64,000 nt of DNA. Origin: Caecitellus pseudoparvulus. Taxonomy: Eukaryota > Protista > Bigyra: Bicosoecida. Positions 43,536 to 55,000 of the stretch are shown here, piece after piece. The DNA lies in contig CBFFRQ010000053.1 in assembly GCA_965644315.1 (NCBI GenBank), forward strand, positions 248,001 through 312,000, given 5' to 3'. The stretch's first letter is position 1; every line of letters starts with the position of its first letter. The position numbers were made by a program, and so were the translations under genes. The notes below the pieces were generated by a model, which was not told where the DNA came from, did no database searches, and was given only the letters and a program-made list of their open reading frames with translations.

Positions 43536-43872
43536 GTTCAGTGTGTGGAGGAGCATATCACGGCCTTGCAGCTAGCTTCGCAGGGTTGATACGGCATGCA
43601 AGCGGCTGGGTTTTGCTGGCAGGTGTGCCCCTTGCTCGCGCCGTCTGGCGTGAACGCGTGCGGGTCATATGCGCCCCCTCGCAGCAGCAAGTTGGGAGTA
43701 AATCCTCGCCCCCCCCCCCCCGCACACGAATTATTCGCTTATATGATTGAGCAGTGTGTAGCAACCTGTCTGTTTTCGGCCCCCATTGAGGACACGTGAG
43801 CTGCACAAGCCACTCCGCCAAGCTTGCGTTTCACCAGGCCGAGCCACGAGCCAGGAAGGCAAGCCCAGCGGC

Positions 43873-45982
43873 ATGGCATATGTAGCTGAGCTGAAGTGGA
43901 CTGGCTCAACCCTGAGTGGAGATGTTTGGCTGGTTATGAGCCCTCAGAATCGTTTCAAGACTGAGTTCGTCGTGGAGACGGACGCTGCCAAGGTGCGCAA
44001 GCATACCGTGTGAAACGCCACCGGCAGCATCAGGGCAGGTCTGTGCATAGCCTGTTCACGGACCCGCTGCGCAGATGAAGCAAATCTGGGACATCAGAGA
44101 GGAGGTTGATGCTGAGACGAGCGAGCCGATCCCAGTCCCAGAGCCTGTCATTTTGCCCGTCGTGGACGGCAAGGTGGCTGGCCTGCCGCCAGACCTTGTC
44201 GATGCCATGTCACCTTCCGGCAGCCCAGCCTCCGCAGCGTCGTCCCCCGAGCACGGCAGTACAGAGGGCAAGCTCAGCACGCCCAGCAGGCACTCCCATG
44301 CTCCCCAAGCGGCCACCCCTGGTCTGGCTAGGCGTGGAAGCCACGGAGAGGCGGAAGCCCCAGGGAGCTACCCGACGCACTGTTTCTTTTCAGGGCACTT
44401 CACACACTCGATTCCTGCTGCAGCAGGGGCTGCCAGCACCACGGTGGTTGAGCAGAATATCCCTGAAAGCCTCTACCTCCACATCAAACCTCCGAAGCGC
44501 CGCAGCGCAAGCCCTTCGTCCAGCCCAGCGAGCAAGGCAGGTGCCACACCTGGCTCGTCCCTGGACGTGCGCGGGGCAGGGCAGAACCAATTCGGCACCT
44601 TCACTGTGAAAGGCAGCCTAGATGTCAGCTCGGGGAAGGTCACCTTGAAAAAAGTGTACGGCCCGGCAAAGGCCAGGACAAGGCCCAGGCGCAAGCGGAC
44701 AACACCGCTGAGCAACCTCGCCACAGACTTCACCTTTCACAGCGGCAGTGATGGCATGGAAACGTCACCAACTGATTCAGCAGGGCGCCGCGCCAGCGGG
44801 CGCCGGCGCCAGGCTTCCTGGCGGCTCTCTGGGAAGGACTTCATTGAGCCCAGCGCGCTGGAAGTCGAGAAAGCCAAGCAGCAAGAAGCTGCACGCCTGG
44901 CTGCTGTCGCAAAGAAAAAGGCTGCCACGTCTGCTGCCCGGAGGGGTGGGGCAAAGCGCCACCGTGAAGACGGCATGCCTGTGACTGGCGAGGGCATGCA
45001 CCCTCCAAAACCGAAGAAAGCTCTCGGTGAAGGAGGCGTGCGCTTGCACCTTCGAGTCCCAGGGTCAGGCAGTGGGAGCCGAGCGGGAGGGCACTACCTG
45101 GAGCGCCCTGCAGATAACCCTGCCGCTGAGGCAGCAGCTGCTGCGATGGCATTGGCCTCAGCGTTCAGCCACGACTCCCTTGCCTCCCAAGGAACCGTGT
45201 ATGTTGCCCCACACCGCCTGGCTCTGGAGGCTGGACCCCTTGCTGGCGACCTGTACGAAGGCGAAATGAAAGGCGGCGTCCCTGATGGAACTGGAACTGT
45301 CATCTACCGCTCTGGGTACATGTACGAAGGCGAGTTTAGCCGGGGCGTTGAAAGTGGGTGGGGCGTCCTGAGCGACCCCACAGACATCACGGTCTACGAA
45401 GGTGAAGTGCAAGATGGCGCTATTACTGGCTATGGGACGTTCAAGTTTGAAACTGGGGCCATGTATACTGGCCAGTGGCGGGAGGGCCTCTTCCATGGAT
45501 GCGGGGCCTACACGCAGCCAGACGGGAGCAAGTTTGAGGGGCAATGGGATGAAGGCCTGCTCTCAGGCCACGGCACGGCAGTGTACGCTGACGGCAGCAC
45601 ATATGAAGGTGGCTGGTCCCATGGCGAGAAGCACGGCAAGGGGACCCTCGTGCGGGCTGATGGGTACACTTACGTTGGCAGCTGGGCCTGTGATGTCCCG
45701 GACGGCAAAGGCGAGGCCACGTACCCTGACGGCAGCAGGTACCAAGGCACGCTCAAGGCTGGGAAGCGAGAAGGGCGTGGTGTGTACTACTTCCCGAAAG
45801 GAATCGCTTCGTTGACAGGCCGGTGGCGCGAAGACCAGCTCGAGGAAAGCGGGAAAGGTGGCCTGGACATCAAGCACCCTCTGCAAGTGTCCCCCGACGA
45901 GTGGATCATCCCTCTGATGCTTGCTACCTCTGACGTAAAGCGCATCCACCAGCGAGCAGGCTTCAACGAGGGCGGAGAATGA
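43873..45982 (+). CDS. MORN-repeat protein with N-terminal beta-rich domain and basic NLS-like segments
   Basis: Exon 1 is 43873-43992, intron 43993-44074. About 8 MORN repeats (Y.G.W..G...G.G...Y.DG) in the C-terminal third. Confidence 0.82.
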
Positions 45983-46093
45983 AGCACTCACTTGCGAAAG
46001 CTGAGGATGTGACTGAGTCTCAGCGCCGCTTGGCATGGTGCCTGCATTGTGGGAAAGGGCGAAAACGAAGCTGAATTCATCACCAGCCACACC

Positions 46094-49000
46094 TCAAGCC
46101 ATTCCAAACCCTTCGCTGCCTTCACGGATGGCAGTGAGCAGGCGCGACTGCAGCACATCCTCGCTGCTATACTGAGGCAAGTCCAGCTGGTTGAAGCATG
46201 TGTGGGATGCTGGCAGGCGAGCATCAGTAGCCCCCGACATGCGGTGGATGTTGAACTTCTGCAAGCCTCGCATGCCTTGCAGGGCCCCAAAGCCCTCCAG
46301 TGGCACTTTGCTGCTGCCCGTCACAAACATGATGAAGCGGGCCTTGTCCTGGTCATTGAGGTTGCTCAGGAACGCCCACAGCCACTTGATGACGGGGTCC
46401 TGCGGGGAGAAGCCAACGTACTCAGTGTTCTCCTGCAGGTCCGCCATGTCGATCTTCGGCAGCCCAGAGACGAGCAGCTCCAGCTCGCTCTCGCTGAAGA
46501 TGCTGATGAGGTGGTAGGGAACTAGCTCATGGAAGCTGGACAGGAAGGCGTCAATCTGGCGCTGAATGGCAAAGGTCATCTTGTGCTGCGTCAGCAGTTC
46601 AACATACTGCATCTTGTTGGCGTCAGTGACATCCATGTCCTCCCCGCCCGGAAGCAGCTCCACTGTGCGCTTGTCGCCAAAGTGGTCCACAGACATGGAG
46701 AACGTAAGCCCCAGGTACAAGTCGTCGATGGACATGTTCAAGACATTCACCAGATTCTTGTAGTACTCTGGGTCGATTCCTTCCAGGTCGTGGAACGTAA
46801 TGGGCACCCCCAGCATGTGCTTGTAGAATGAGCGTGTGAAGTGCACGTCCAGTAGCTCGCCATCCAGCACCGCCTTGCCAACCAGACGGCCCGCCAACTG
46901 GAAGTATGCCAGATGATCTTCATTCACCCAAGACTGCGGGTTGGGCTGGAACGTACCGCCGTCAGCTGAAGGGATGAAGAGCGCCTTGTTCGGGTCCATC
47001 ATCTCCCTGGCCATCAGCGCGTACCACTCGCGCCGCAAGCCGCCAGCGTCCACACCCTCTTCGCCCAGGAAAGTCACTGAAATGGGCCCAAACATGTCCG
47101 CCGCGCTGCGGCTTCGCAAGTCAGAGAAGGTGTCCTCAAAAACGCGGCTGCGGTTAACACGCAGCTGCACACCTCTGGAAGAGCCCTTTTGTTTTCGCAC
47201 CTCTGCCATGCGCTGCCGGAAGTACGTGCGCTTGTTGTCGAAGTCGAGAAATACCCGACAGCTGGGCACCTGCACCAGCGTGGCAAAGTCGCTTGAGAGG
47301 AGGGCGGGCATTACGCGAAGCATGCCATTCAGGACTTCTGCCGTTCGCTCAGTGAAACTCGCCAAGCGCCGCCTCGTCACACGCTGCTGCCTCATCATGG
47401 CAGCATTCACCTTCACCACCCGCGCAGGCGCCTGCCGGCTGCTCGCACTGCTCTTGGCTTGAGGAGTGGTCGCGGAGCCCTCAGCAGCGTCCTCTTCGTC
47501 CTCCTCCCCCGTGTCCAGCACTGGGTGGCTCAGGAAGAAAGCCCGCACAAGTGGCAGGAAGCGATCAAACACGTGCCTGGGAAGGGTCACCTTTCCGTCA
47601 GTCACATCACCTTGGTCATCCTCGGCCTCCGCGTCGTCCGCTCCGCTGCTGCCGCTTGATGACATCGGCGCAGCCATGCTGCCCAGCATGGGAGTGGCGC
47701 CAGCGGCGCCTTCGGCGCCGAAGGCTGCAAATTGGCCTCCTGCCAGGAAAGCCTCCATGTCTTCACTCTGACTGCGCCTTCGTCCAGGGTGCATGGGGCG
47801 ACGCTGCGCTACAGCTCCCATGCCCAGTTGTGGTGGAGCAGTGGTGGCTTGCCCGAAGCGCACCCGAACCTCGCCACTGCTCGCTGCTTCACCCTCGGCA
47901 TCATCACCATCATCGGTCTCTGCACCGGAGCCTCCCTTGCTCAAGAACTTGCCTGTGGCTTGCAGGGCGTCTGCGAGCGCATCCCAAGTGGGCTCCAACA
48001 GAGCACTGAGCTGGGCATTCAAGACTCCACTCACTTCCAGCGGTACAGAAGGGTGAGGTGTGGAGGGGGCGGACGTGAGTGGTGCCAGCTCGCATGAAAC
48101 TGCGTCACGCACTGCTGCCTCAGATACCATCTCAATCCCGCCAAGGAAGCGGCTTTCAGCCCGAGCAAGCCACGGACCTGCCGGCGGTAAGCTTGTTGCA
48201 ATTGGAGGTAGTGCTGGGTCTGCGTTGTTCACAAGCTCCCTGGCCACGTCAGCAAACTTGTGCTGCCCTTGAATGTCGACGTTCCAAGACGCGCTCACCT
48301 CAGAAGGCGGAGAAGAATCCTCTGCAGCTGACAGATCCGGCACATCCACAGCTGCGTGCGCAGCCATCGGGATCTGGATGAAAGAAGTGTCGGCGGTAGC
48401 ATCTGTTGCCGGCATCACTGCTGAGCGAGGAAGCGTGACAGAGGGGACCCGGAGTGGCACCAACACGCGCAGGGTTTGCAGGAGAGCCTGCAGCGTGATT
48501 CCTGGTGTCGTTGCAGATTGCGAAGCCCAAGTCTTCATGGTCACCGCGCCCCCAGACGCAGATGCCACGGCGATGGTCTCAGACAGCCGGCCGAGATGCA
48601 GAAGTGCTCCACGGGCAGCTGCTTCGACTGCCTTGCTGATGCAAGCCATGACGCGGCGCTTGTTTCCCGGGACGATACACAGCAAGCGGAGTGCCCGGAT
48701 CACCCGGCCAGTTGCACGCTTGGAGTTGCAGCCAGGCTGCAGCAAGCTCATGACCAGCGCACGGGCTGCATCTGCGCTGACCAGGGGCGGGCACACCAGT
48801 ATGCCACTGTCGGGGGCACGCCGGCCCAGCGCAGAGCTCCTGGGGAACGACGAGATGTCCACGGGTGGCAGGCACTGCTCAACAGCCGGCGGGGCAGCTG
48901 ACGGCCGTCGCGTTTGTTTTGCTGTGATGTGTGCCCTCAGTTCTCGCATTTCAGAGGGCAGCATTGCCGAGCCGAAGCCTGCATGCAGCAGGCTTTCGGG

Positions 49001-52000
49001 GTGCCGCACCTTGAGATGGCCAATGAAGTTCTGGCTGCGATAAGATGGATCCCCCCCCGGCATGGCACTGCAGATAGGACAGACAACTCTTGCTGCGCTG
49101 CCGTTCAAGTGATGGCGCATCGCGTGCCTGATCAACTCGCCCCGCCCAAGGTGCACCTTGGCAAGGTTCGCCGACGAGTCGCCCGAGACATCCAATAACG
49201 GGTTTGTGTAGCCCTGTTTGGGTTCCCACCACATGCGTGGCATTCCCGAGGCTGAAACTACGACTTCGGAACGGTCCCGATCTTGAGGGCCTGTGGAAGC
49301 GCTGACCGGGCAGGGGCGAGCGTCTGGTGTCGTGACGGCGTTGGCAGATGCCCCGCTTTGCCGCGTGGCGAGCGCAGACACGTCAACCTGCTGGCGGTTG
49401 GCCACTGACCCAACCAGTTCGTGAACGCTTGGAAGCACAGGTGCAGCGGAGCCGGTTCGAGATTGTGAACCATCAACTGTCGCCAGAAGTCGACCGAGGC
49501 TCGTGGCTGATGCGCCGGCGATGGGCGCCCCAAAGTCCTCTCCGCCTCTGCCAGCGACGTGCATGCCGTACTGGGCAGACTCGGAGCGCAGCATTGGCGT
49601 GGGGTCGACTTGCTGGATATCCCCACCACTAGACTGAGGGGTGATTGGCGGAGGGGGCCTGGTTGGAGCCTTCATCTCGGCGAGAGGTGCTCCCATCTCA
49701 AAGAGTAGGTGTCGCCAGCGCTGGGCGGCTGCGATGGCGCTCGACATGTGGCCTGGTGGAAAGAAGGTAAAGCGCAAGTCGCCGGTGCCCATGTCCTCTG
49801 GTGCAGGTCCCAACGACTCCAAACCAACCCCGCATGCCTTGGCATCCTGAACCACCATGCTTCTTGCAAGCAGGCGCAGGGTGGGCAAGAGGTCCAGTGG
49901 AATCCGCACGCCAGTGTTGGACATGTGCACCAGGGCAGCCCGCAACGTGAACATTTCGCTAGGTAGCAAGGTGAACAAAGGCACCCCCCCAAGGCTCTTT
50001 CCAGTCGCCCCCGTGGATGCAATGCGCCGGCATACAACGGACACAACGTGGCGTAGCGCTGCTACGTGCAGGAAGCTGCGTACCCGGTGCGCACGTCGAT
50101 TCGCAGCATCCAGCGCCAACCACTCCAAGGGGCGCAGCGCCCAGTTCACTGCCTCCAGCAACGCCTCTGACGCCTCCGTGGAATGCGAGAACGGCGCCTC
50201 TGCTAGGCACTGCAACAACCTGTCAAGGCCTGAGGCATCGGATGACCACATGTGCTGGAGAATGCTCCTGGGCCGGACACCCTCGCGCAGTGCTGGAGAG
50301 GCGGGCGAGCTGCCCAGCGATGGCGAAGTGGTGTGGCCAGCGATTGGCCGTTTCACACCGCCCGACCGGGGCACAGGCAGGGTCACTGGCGAGGGTAAGC
50401 CGCCCGAGCGTGTGAGGGCTGCGGTGACAGCAGCTGCTGCAGGCCTGCGCCACCTCCCCTCCAGCAGGGCTGCAACAGAGAAGGGTGTTGCGTGAATGAG
50501 GGCCCGAAGCAAGGCCAGCGCACGCTCGGCTACTGTCACGGTGAAGTACCGCGGCTGGGTGCTGTATGAAACACTTGCCAGCAGGCTTCCAGAATCGACT
50601 CCCGCCGAGGGCTGCTTGCCAACGAGCGAAGAAGGCATGCTGCTGCCACTCTGGAGTGCTGCGGCGGTGGCAGCGGCCACCTGCACTTCATCATGACTGG
50701 GGGGCACCAACTTTGCAGCCCGCAACACATGTGCAGCCCTTGCCATCGGGTGCAACGGGTCCTTCACGTGCACTGCGGCAAGAGCTGCAGGCAAGCCCTC
50801 CAGCACGCTGCACAGCAAGTCGACAACGGTGACTGCTGCCCCGGGTGCTGCGACCAAGGACGTCAGCACTTGCTCGTACATGCCAGCTCGCGCAGCCCCT
50901 GGCTGGAAAAGCAGACCCAAGAGTGCCGAAATGTTAGTCACAGACACGCCGTGGACAAGCAGACTGCCTGCCACATCATCAGAAGCTGATCTCCGTGAAT
51001 CGGTTAGGACAAGCATCGGGAATCGTCCACGCGCTGGCATGGGCACAGTGGGCACGACGTCTTGAAGTGTCGGTGCATCCCACGCATATGCTCTCGGCGT
51101 CTCGGTGTCGAAACCAAGTGGCACGCTGTCATTGCGGTAGTCAGGGCCTCGTTGGACTCGCCCAAAGCGCGGGCCGTTGGCGAGCTTGGGGAAAAAGCCA
51201 GGCACCACTCCATTCGTGACTCCACCTCCTTGCTGCTGTGTCAGGGCATGCAGCGGGGGGTCGTTGACACCAGAGCCTGCTTCACTGGTGAGGTCTGTGA
51301 TGCGGACAACTCCACGAAGGTTGGGTTGAGACACGCTGCCAGACGAGCGGGCACCGCTGACTTGGTCGTGGTCACTGCCAAACGTACTCGCAAGGCCCAG
51401 TGGGTCGTACTCGTGCTCTGAACTCCCACGAGACCCCAGCATGCTCATACCCTGCATGGTGTCAATCCTGGCATGAGCCACGTACGCCCCCGCAGGTGCC
51501 TCGCTCCCATCTCGAGCCTCCCAAGCATCTGTCAGCAGCTCTGCAGCACCTGGCAGCAGCACTGCCTCCGCGTCTTGCACACTCAACTGCGACACCTCGC
51601 GTGGCACGGACAGGGTCGGGTTTCGTCCGGCAGCGGACACTGCCCTCACACATTTTGCCAGGGTCTGCGAGAACTGCCTCCACACTGGGCCGCCTTCAGC
51701 ACCAGCAGAATTCAAGACTTCGTGCCCGGCCGCAGCCACGACCATGCGATGCATCCTCCCAAGAGTCGTAGCCACTGCCACAGGCAGGGACGCGTCGCCA
51801 ACTCCTGGGATGGGTAATGGCAGCTCCGCTACAGAGGCACCAGGAGAAGCAGCCGCACCCCCTTGCGGCAGTCGATGTCTTGCGAGAATATCGTGCTGAG
51901 GAGCTGGCGCTCCGCTCGAACCTGACCCAGCATGCCCTGCTGCTACTCCTTGTGACCCTTGCCAGGCGGCGGCTTGGGCCATTCGGGAGGAAGCTGCAAG

Positions 52001-55000
52001 GGCTGCGGAAGTTCGCACTGACTCCGCCTCAGCCTGCAGCTGCCTCGGCAATGCGGACACTTGTTCAGGGGACAAATTCAAGAGCACGTCTGCCCTGGCA
52101 TCCTGGCCGACAGACTCCAGCAACATCAGAACTTCCGCAGTGCCTTGCTCGCCAGTTGCCCCACCAGATGGGCGCGCCTCGGTCTGCTGCCCAGGCAATG
52201 CTGACAAAGTCTCCACCAGCACGGCATCCGGCAGTGTCGCAAGCACAGCGGCATCCATATCTGGTGGCAAGGTTTCCACACCAACTTGCTGCATCGCAGA
52301 AAGAACTCGGGCAGGAATAGAGGGTGCTTGCTGCGTTGCTCCGCCTGTTGCTGTCCCGGCCATCGTGCCAAGCTCACCCCGCCCGCTGTGACCATCTTGG
52401 AGCTGCCCGGCAATCTGCATCACCTGAGTTGCAGCGCTGCCTCGACCTGTCTGTGCCGTCGATGCGGGTGCCCCTGCACGCGCTGTCAGGCGCGCCGGCT
52501 CGGCCTGTGGAGGGGTAGACCCAGCCGGAGACGGGGGCGCCCCCTGCTCAGTGCTTGCGCTTTCAAGCGGAGCGGGCAACTTGACGGGTCTGGGTCCACT
52601 TGAGGCCTCCTCCTCCACGACTCCCGAGCCACGCACGAGTGGGCTTGTGCTGAGGGGGGTCGGGCTAGGCAGCGGCACGGGGGGCAGCCCCTCCACGTGG
52701 TGTGACGACAAGAACGCCGCATGTGGTGTGGAGGCAAATGTATACCAGCTGGGTGGGACGGCAAGTGCGGCAGCCGCCAACGCTGTTGTCAAGCCTGACG
52801 CAAACGACTGCGAAGGTGATACACCTGCTGCCACGTCCGGCTGCAAGCCATCCGTGAGGGAGTTGACGCGAGACAACGCTGCACCCACGCGGGGACCGCG
52901 AACCCGCACCATGTGCCATGTGGACCCGCTCCCCAGCACTGGCATGTCGCAATCAGCGCTGCCAATCCTCGGCGATGGCCAAGATCCTGGACGGCGCGCT
53001 TCGCTGCCTGCCACACGCAAAGCAGAGTCGCTGCCCACTTCAATTCGAGGCAAAGCGAGGCTTCCAGGCACTTGCCCGTGAGGGAAAGCAGCTCCAGTGA
53101 AGCCACTCTGAGATAGCAACCTCAGGAAGCGGTGTTCGAGCCAACCTGGGAGGCATTCGTGCACCAACAACCCCAGGGCCTCCTCGTCTCCAGAGATGAA
53201 GACTCTGTTGGAGCCTTGGCGGGCCGCTGAAGCATTACTGACAGTGGGCAGGCCTAATGGCCCAAACTCGCGGAGCGGCGGCATGAGCAGCACGCCTCCC
53301 ACAGGGACCAGGGGGGTCGTCGCCAGCAGCTCTTGGCTCCATCGCCGAGAAGCAGTCAGACTGCCGCCGCCCGTGGAGGTTCCAGGATACCCAGAAGGCA
53401 GCACAAGCGCTGCCAACGCAGGTACAACGCGAGAGTGAGAGCCAAGGAATGACGTCGCACCACTTGTTCGGGCCGTGTGCACTGATCCCGACAGGGTGCC
53501 ATGGCGTTGTGGAGAGTCCGCAGCGGCAAGGGTCAGCCCAAACACAGGCAGCACCGAGGAGCTTGCAGCGACAACGGCATCCTGCGCAGCTTCACTGCCG
53601 TGCTCCGCACGCACGCGATTCAGGACAGCGATGGCACTGTGGTGAGTCTCTACACCTCGGCTCAACATACTCTGGGCAGCGGAGCTGGTGAATATGCCGA
53701 GAGATGGGCCGGATGACGGAGCCTCCTGGAACGAAGAGGTTGGCCCTCTGAGATGCAACAGGTCCCCCCGCAAACCAATTTCGGCACTTGCTCCGCTCCA
53801 CATGGCAGGCACTCGGAGCGCTGCGGTGGCGCGCTCCACTGCTGCTGTTCCACCGTCCGCGCTTCCAGGGGCAGCATCGGAACTACTGCCCCGGCGTGCT
53901 GTGATACCGGTGCCTCTCTCAGGGGCACCGGGGAGCCCCTGGCCCATAGCTTGCCAGACGTCAGAGAGCTGGATGCCGGCTCGCTGCGTCCCCCGCCTCC
54001 TCCGAGAGGAGTTTCCTCGACGTCGCGTACGCTGGCGAACGTTTTCCCCTGGCATGAAGATGTCGCCCCACTCGCCGTCTCCAGGCACTGCTGACATGGC
54101 TGTGCTGCCGCCGTCGCCATCCCCCTGCCCGAGAATGTCCCCAGCAGCGGAACCGGCGACACTTGCAGCATCTGCTGAAGCGGATGCGGAGCGACCAGAG
54201 GCAGCTCGCCGCTGCCGAAGGGCGCGGAAGGTGCTGTCGTCCTCAGCTAGCAAGGTGAGCTGTACGCGCTGCAGACTGCCGGACGACATCATGCGCAAAT
54301 GAGGGTTGCTTGCCAGAGCCATCGCGAGGCGCGCCGGGCGCTGGCCCTGGGAACTCCCAGCACTCTGGGAGAACTCCGGTGAGGAGCGAATCTCACGCAT
54401 GTGGTCCATCACATTTGCCATGAATGATTGCAAGGGGTTGCTTGTAGTGGACGCCGCACTTTGCCGCGCTTCGGGAGACAGCCGCCCAGAAGCCCTCGTC
54501 CCGTAGTGCATGTCATCTGCCTCGTCCTCGTCTGGCTGCGAAAACTGCCGACTGTGCATGCTTGCAGGGAGCAGGCCTGGCCACAGGGCCGACGAACTCA
54601 GCGACCCTGGCGGCTGCTGTGGGCCGCGATGAGCTTGCATGGGCTCGCGGGCAGCGGAGGAGCCCGCTCTCTCGTGGGTGGGCGCATGGTGCTGAGGAGC
54701 TGAGGCAATGCCGACCTCGTTGCTCGGTGGGGCCGCTTCGAGATCAGTAGCACTCAGAATCTGCCTCAAGGGTGGCCCCCGATTCAAGTTTGGCTGTGGT
54801 GGCCCATCGTGGACTCCCGAGCTGAGACCGCCCACTCTGAATGCGTCGAGGCTCAGCATCGTAGGCACTCCATCCGGTGGTTGCTGGGCAGAACCGAACG
54901 AGAGTCGAGTGACGGATCCTACCGGTTGACTTGAATGCTGAGAACTTGCAGGGTGTGGCCCGCCTGCGGTGCCCGCAGAGTTCCTGGCCGCTGCTTCAGA

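Noticed and set aside
23884-49165. Functional linkage of the ADP-ribosylhydrolase with the Di19-containing HECT ligase
   Set aside because: They are thematically related but ~21 kb apart in a eukaryotic genome, so proximity alone is not evidence.
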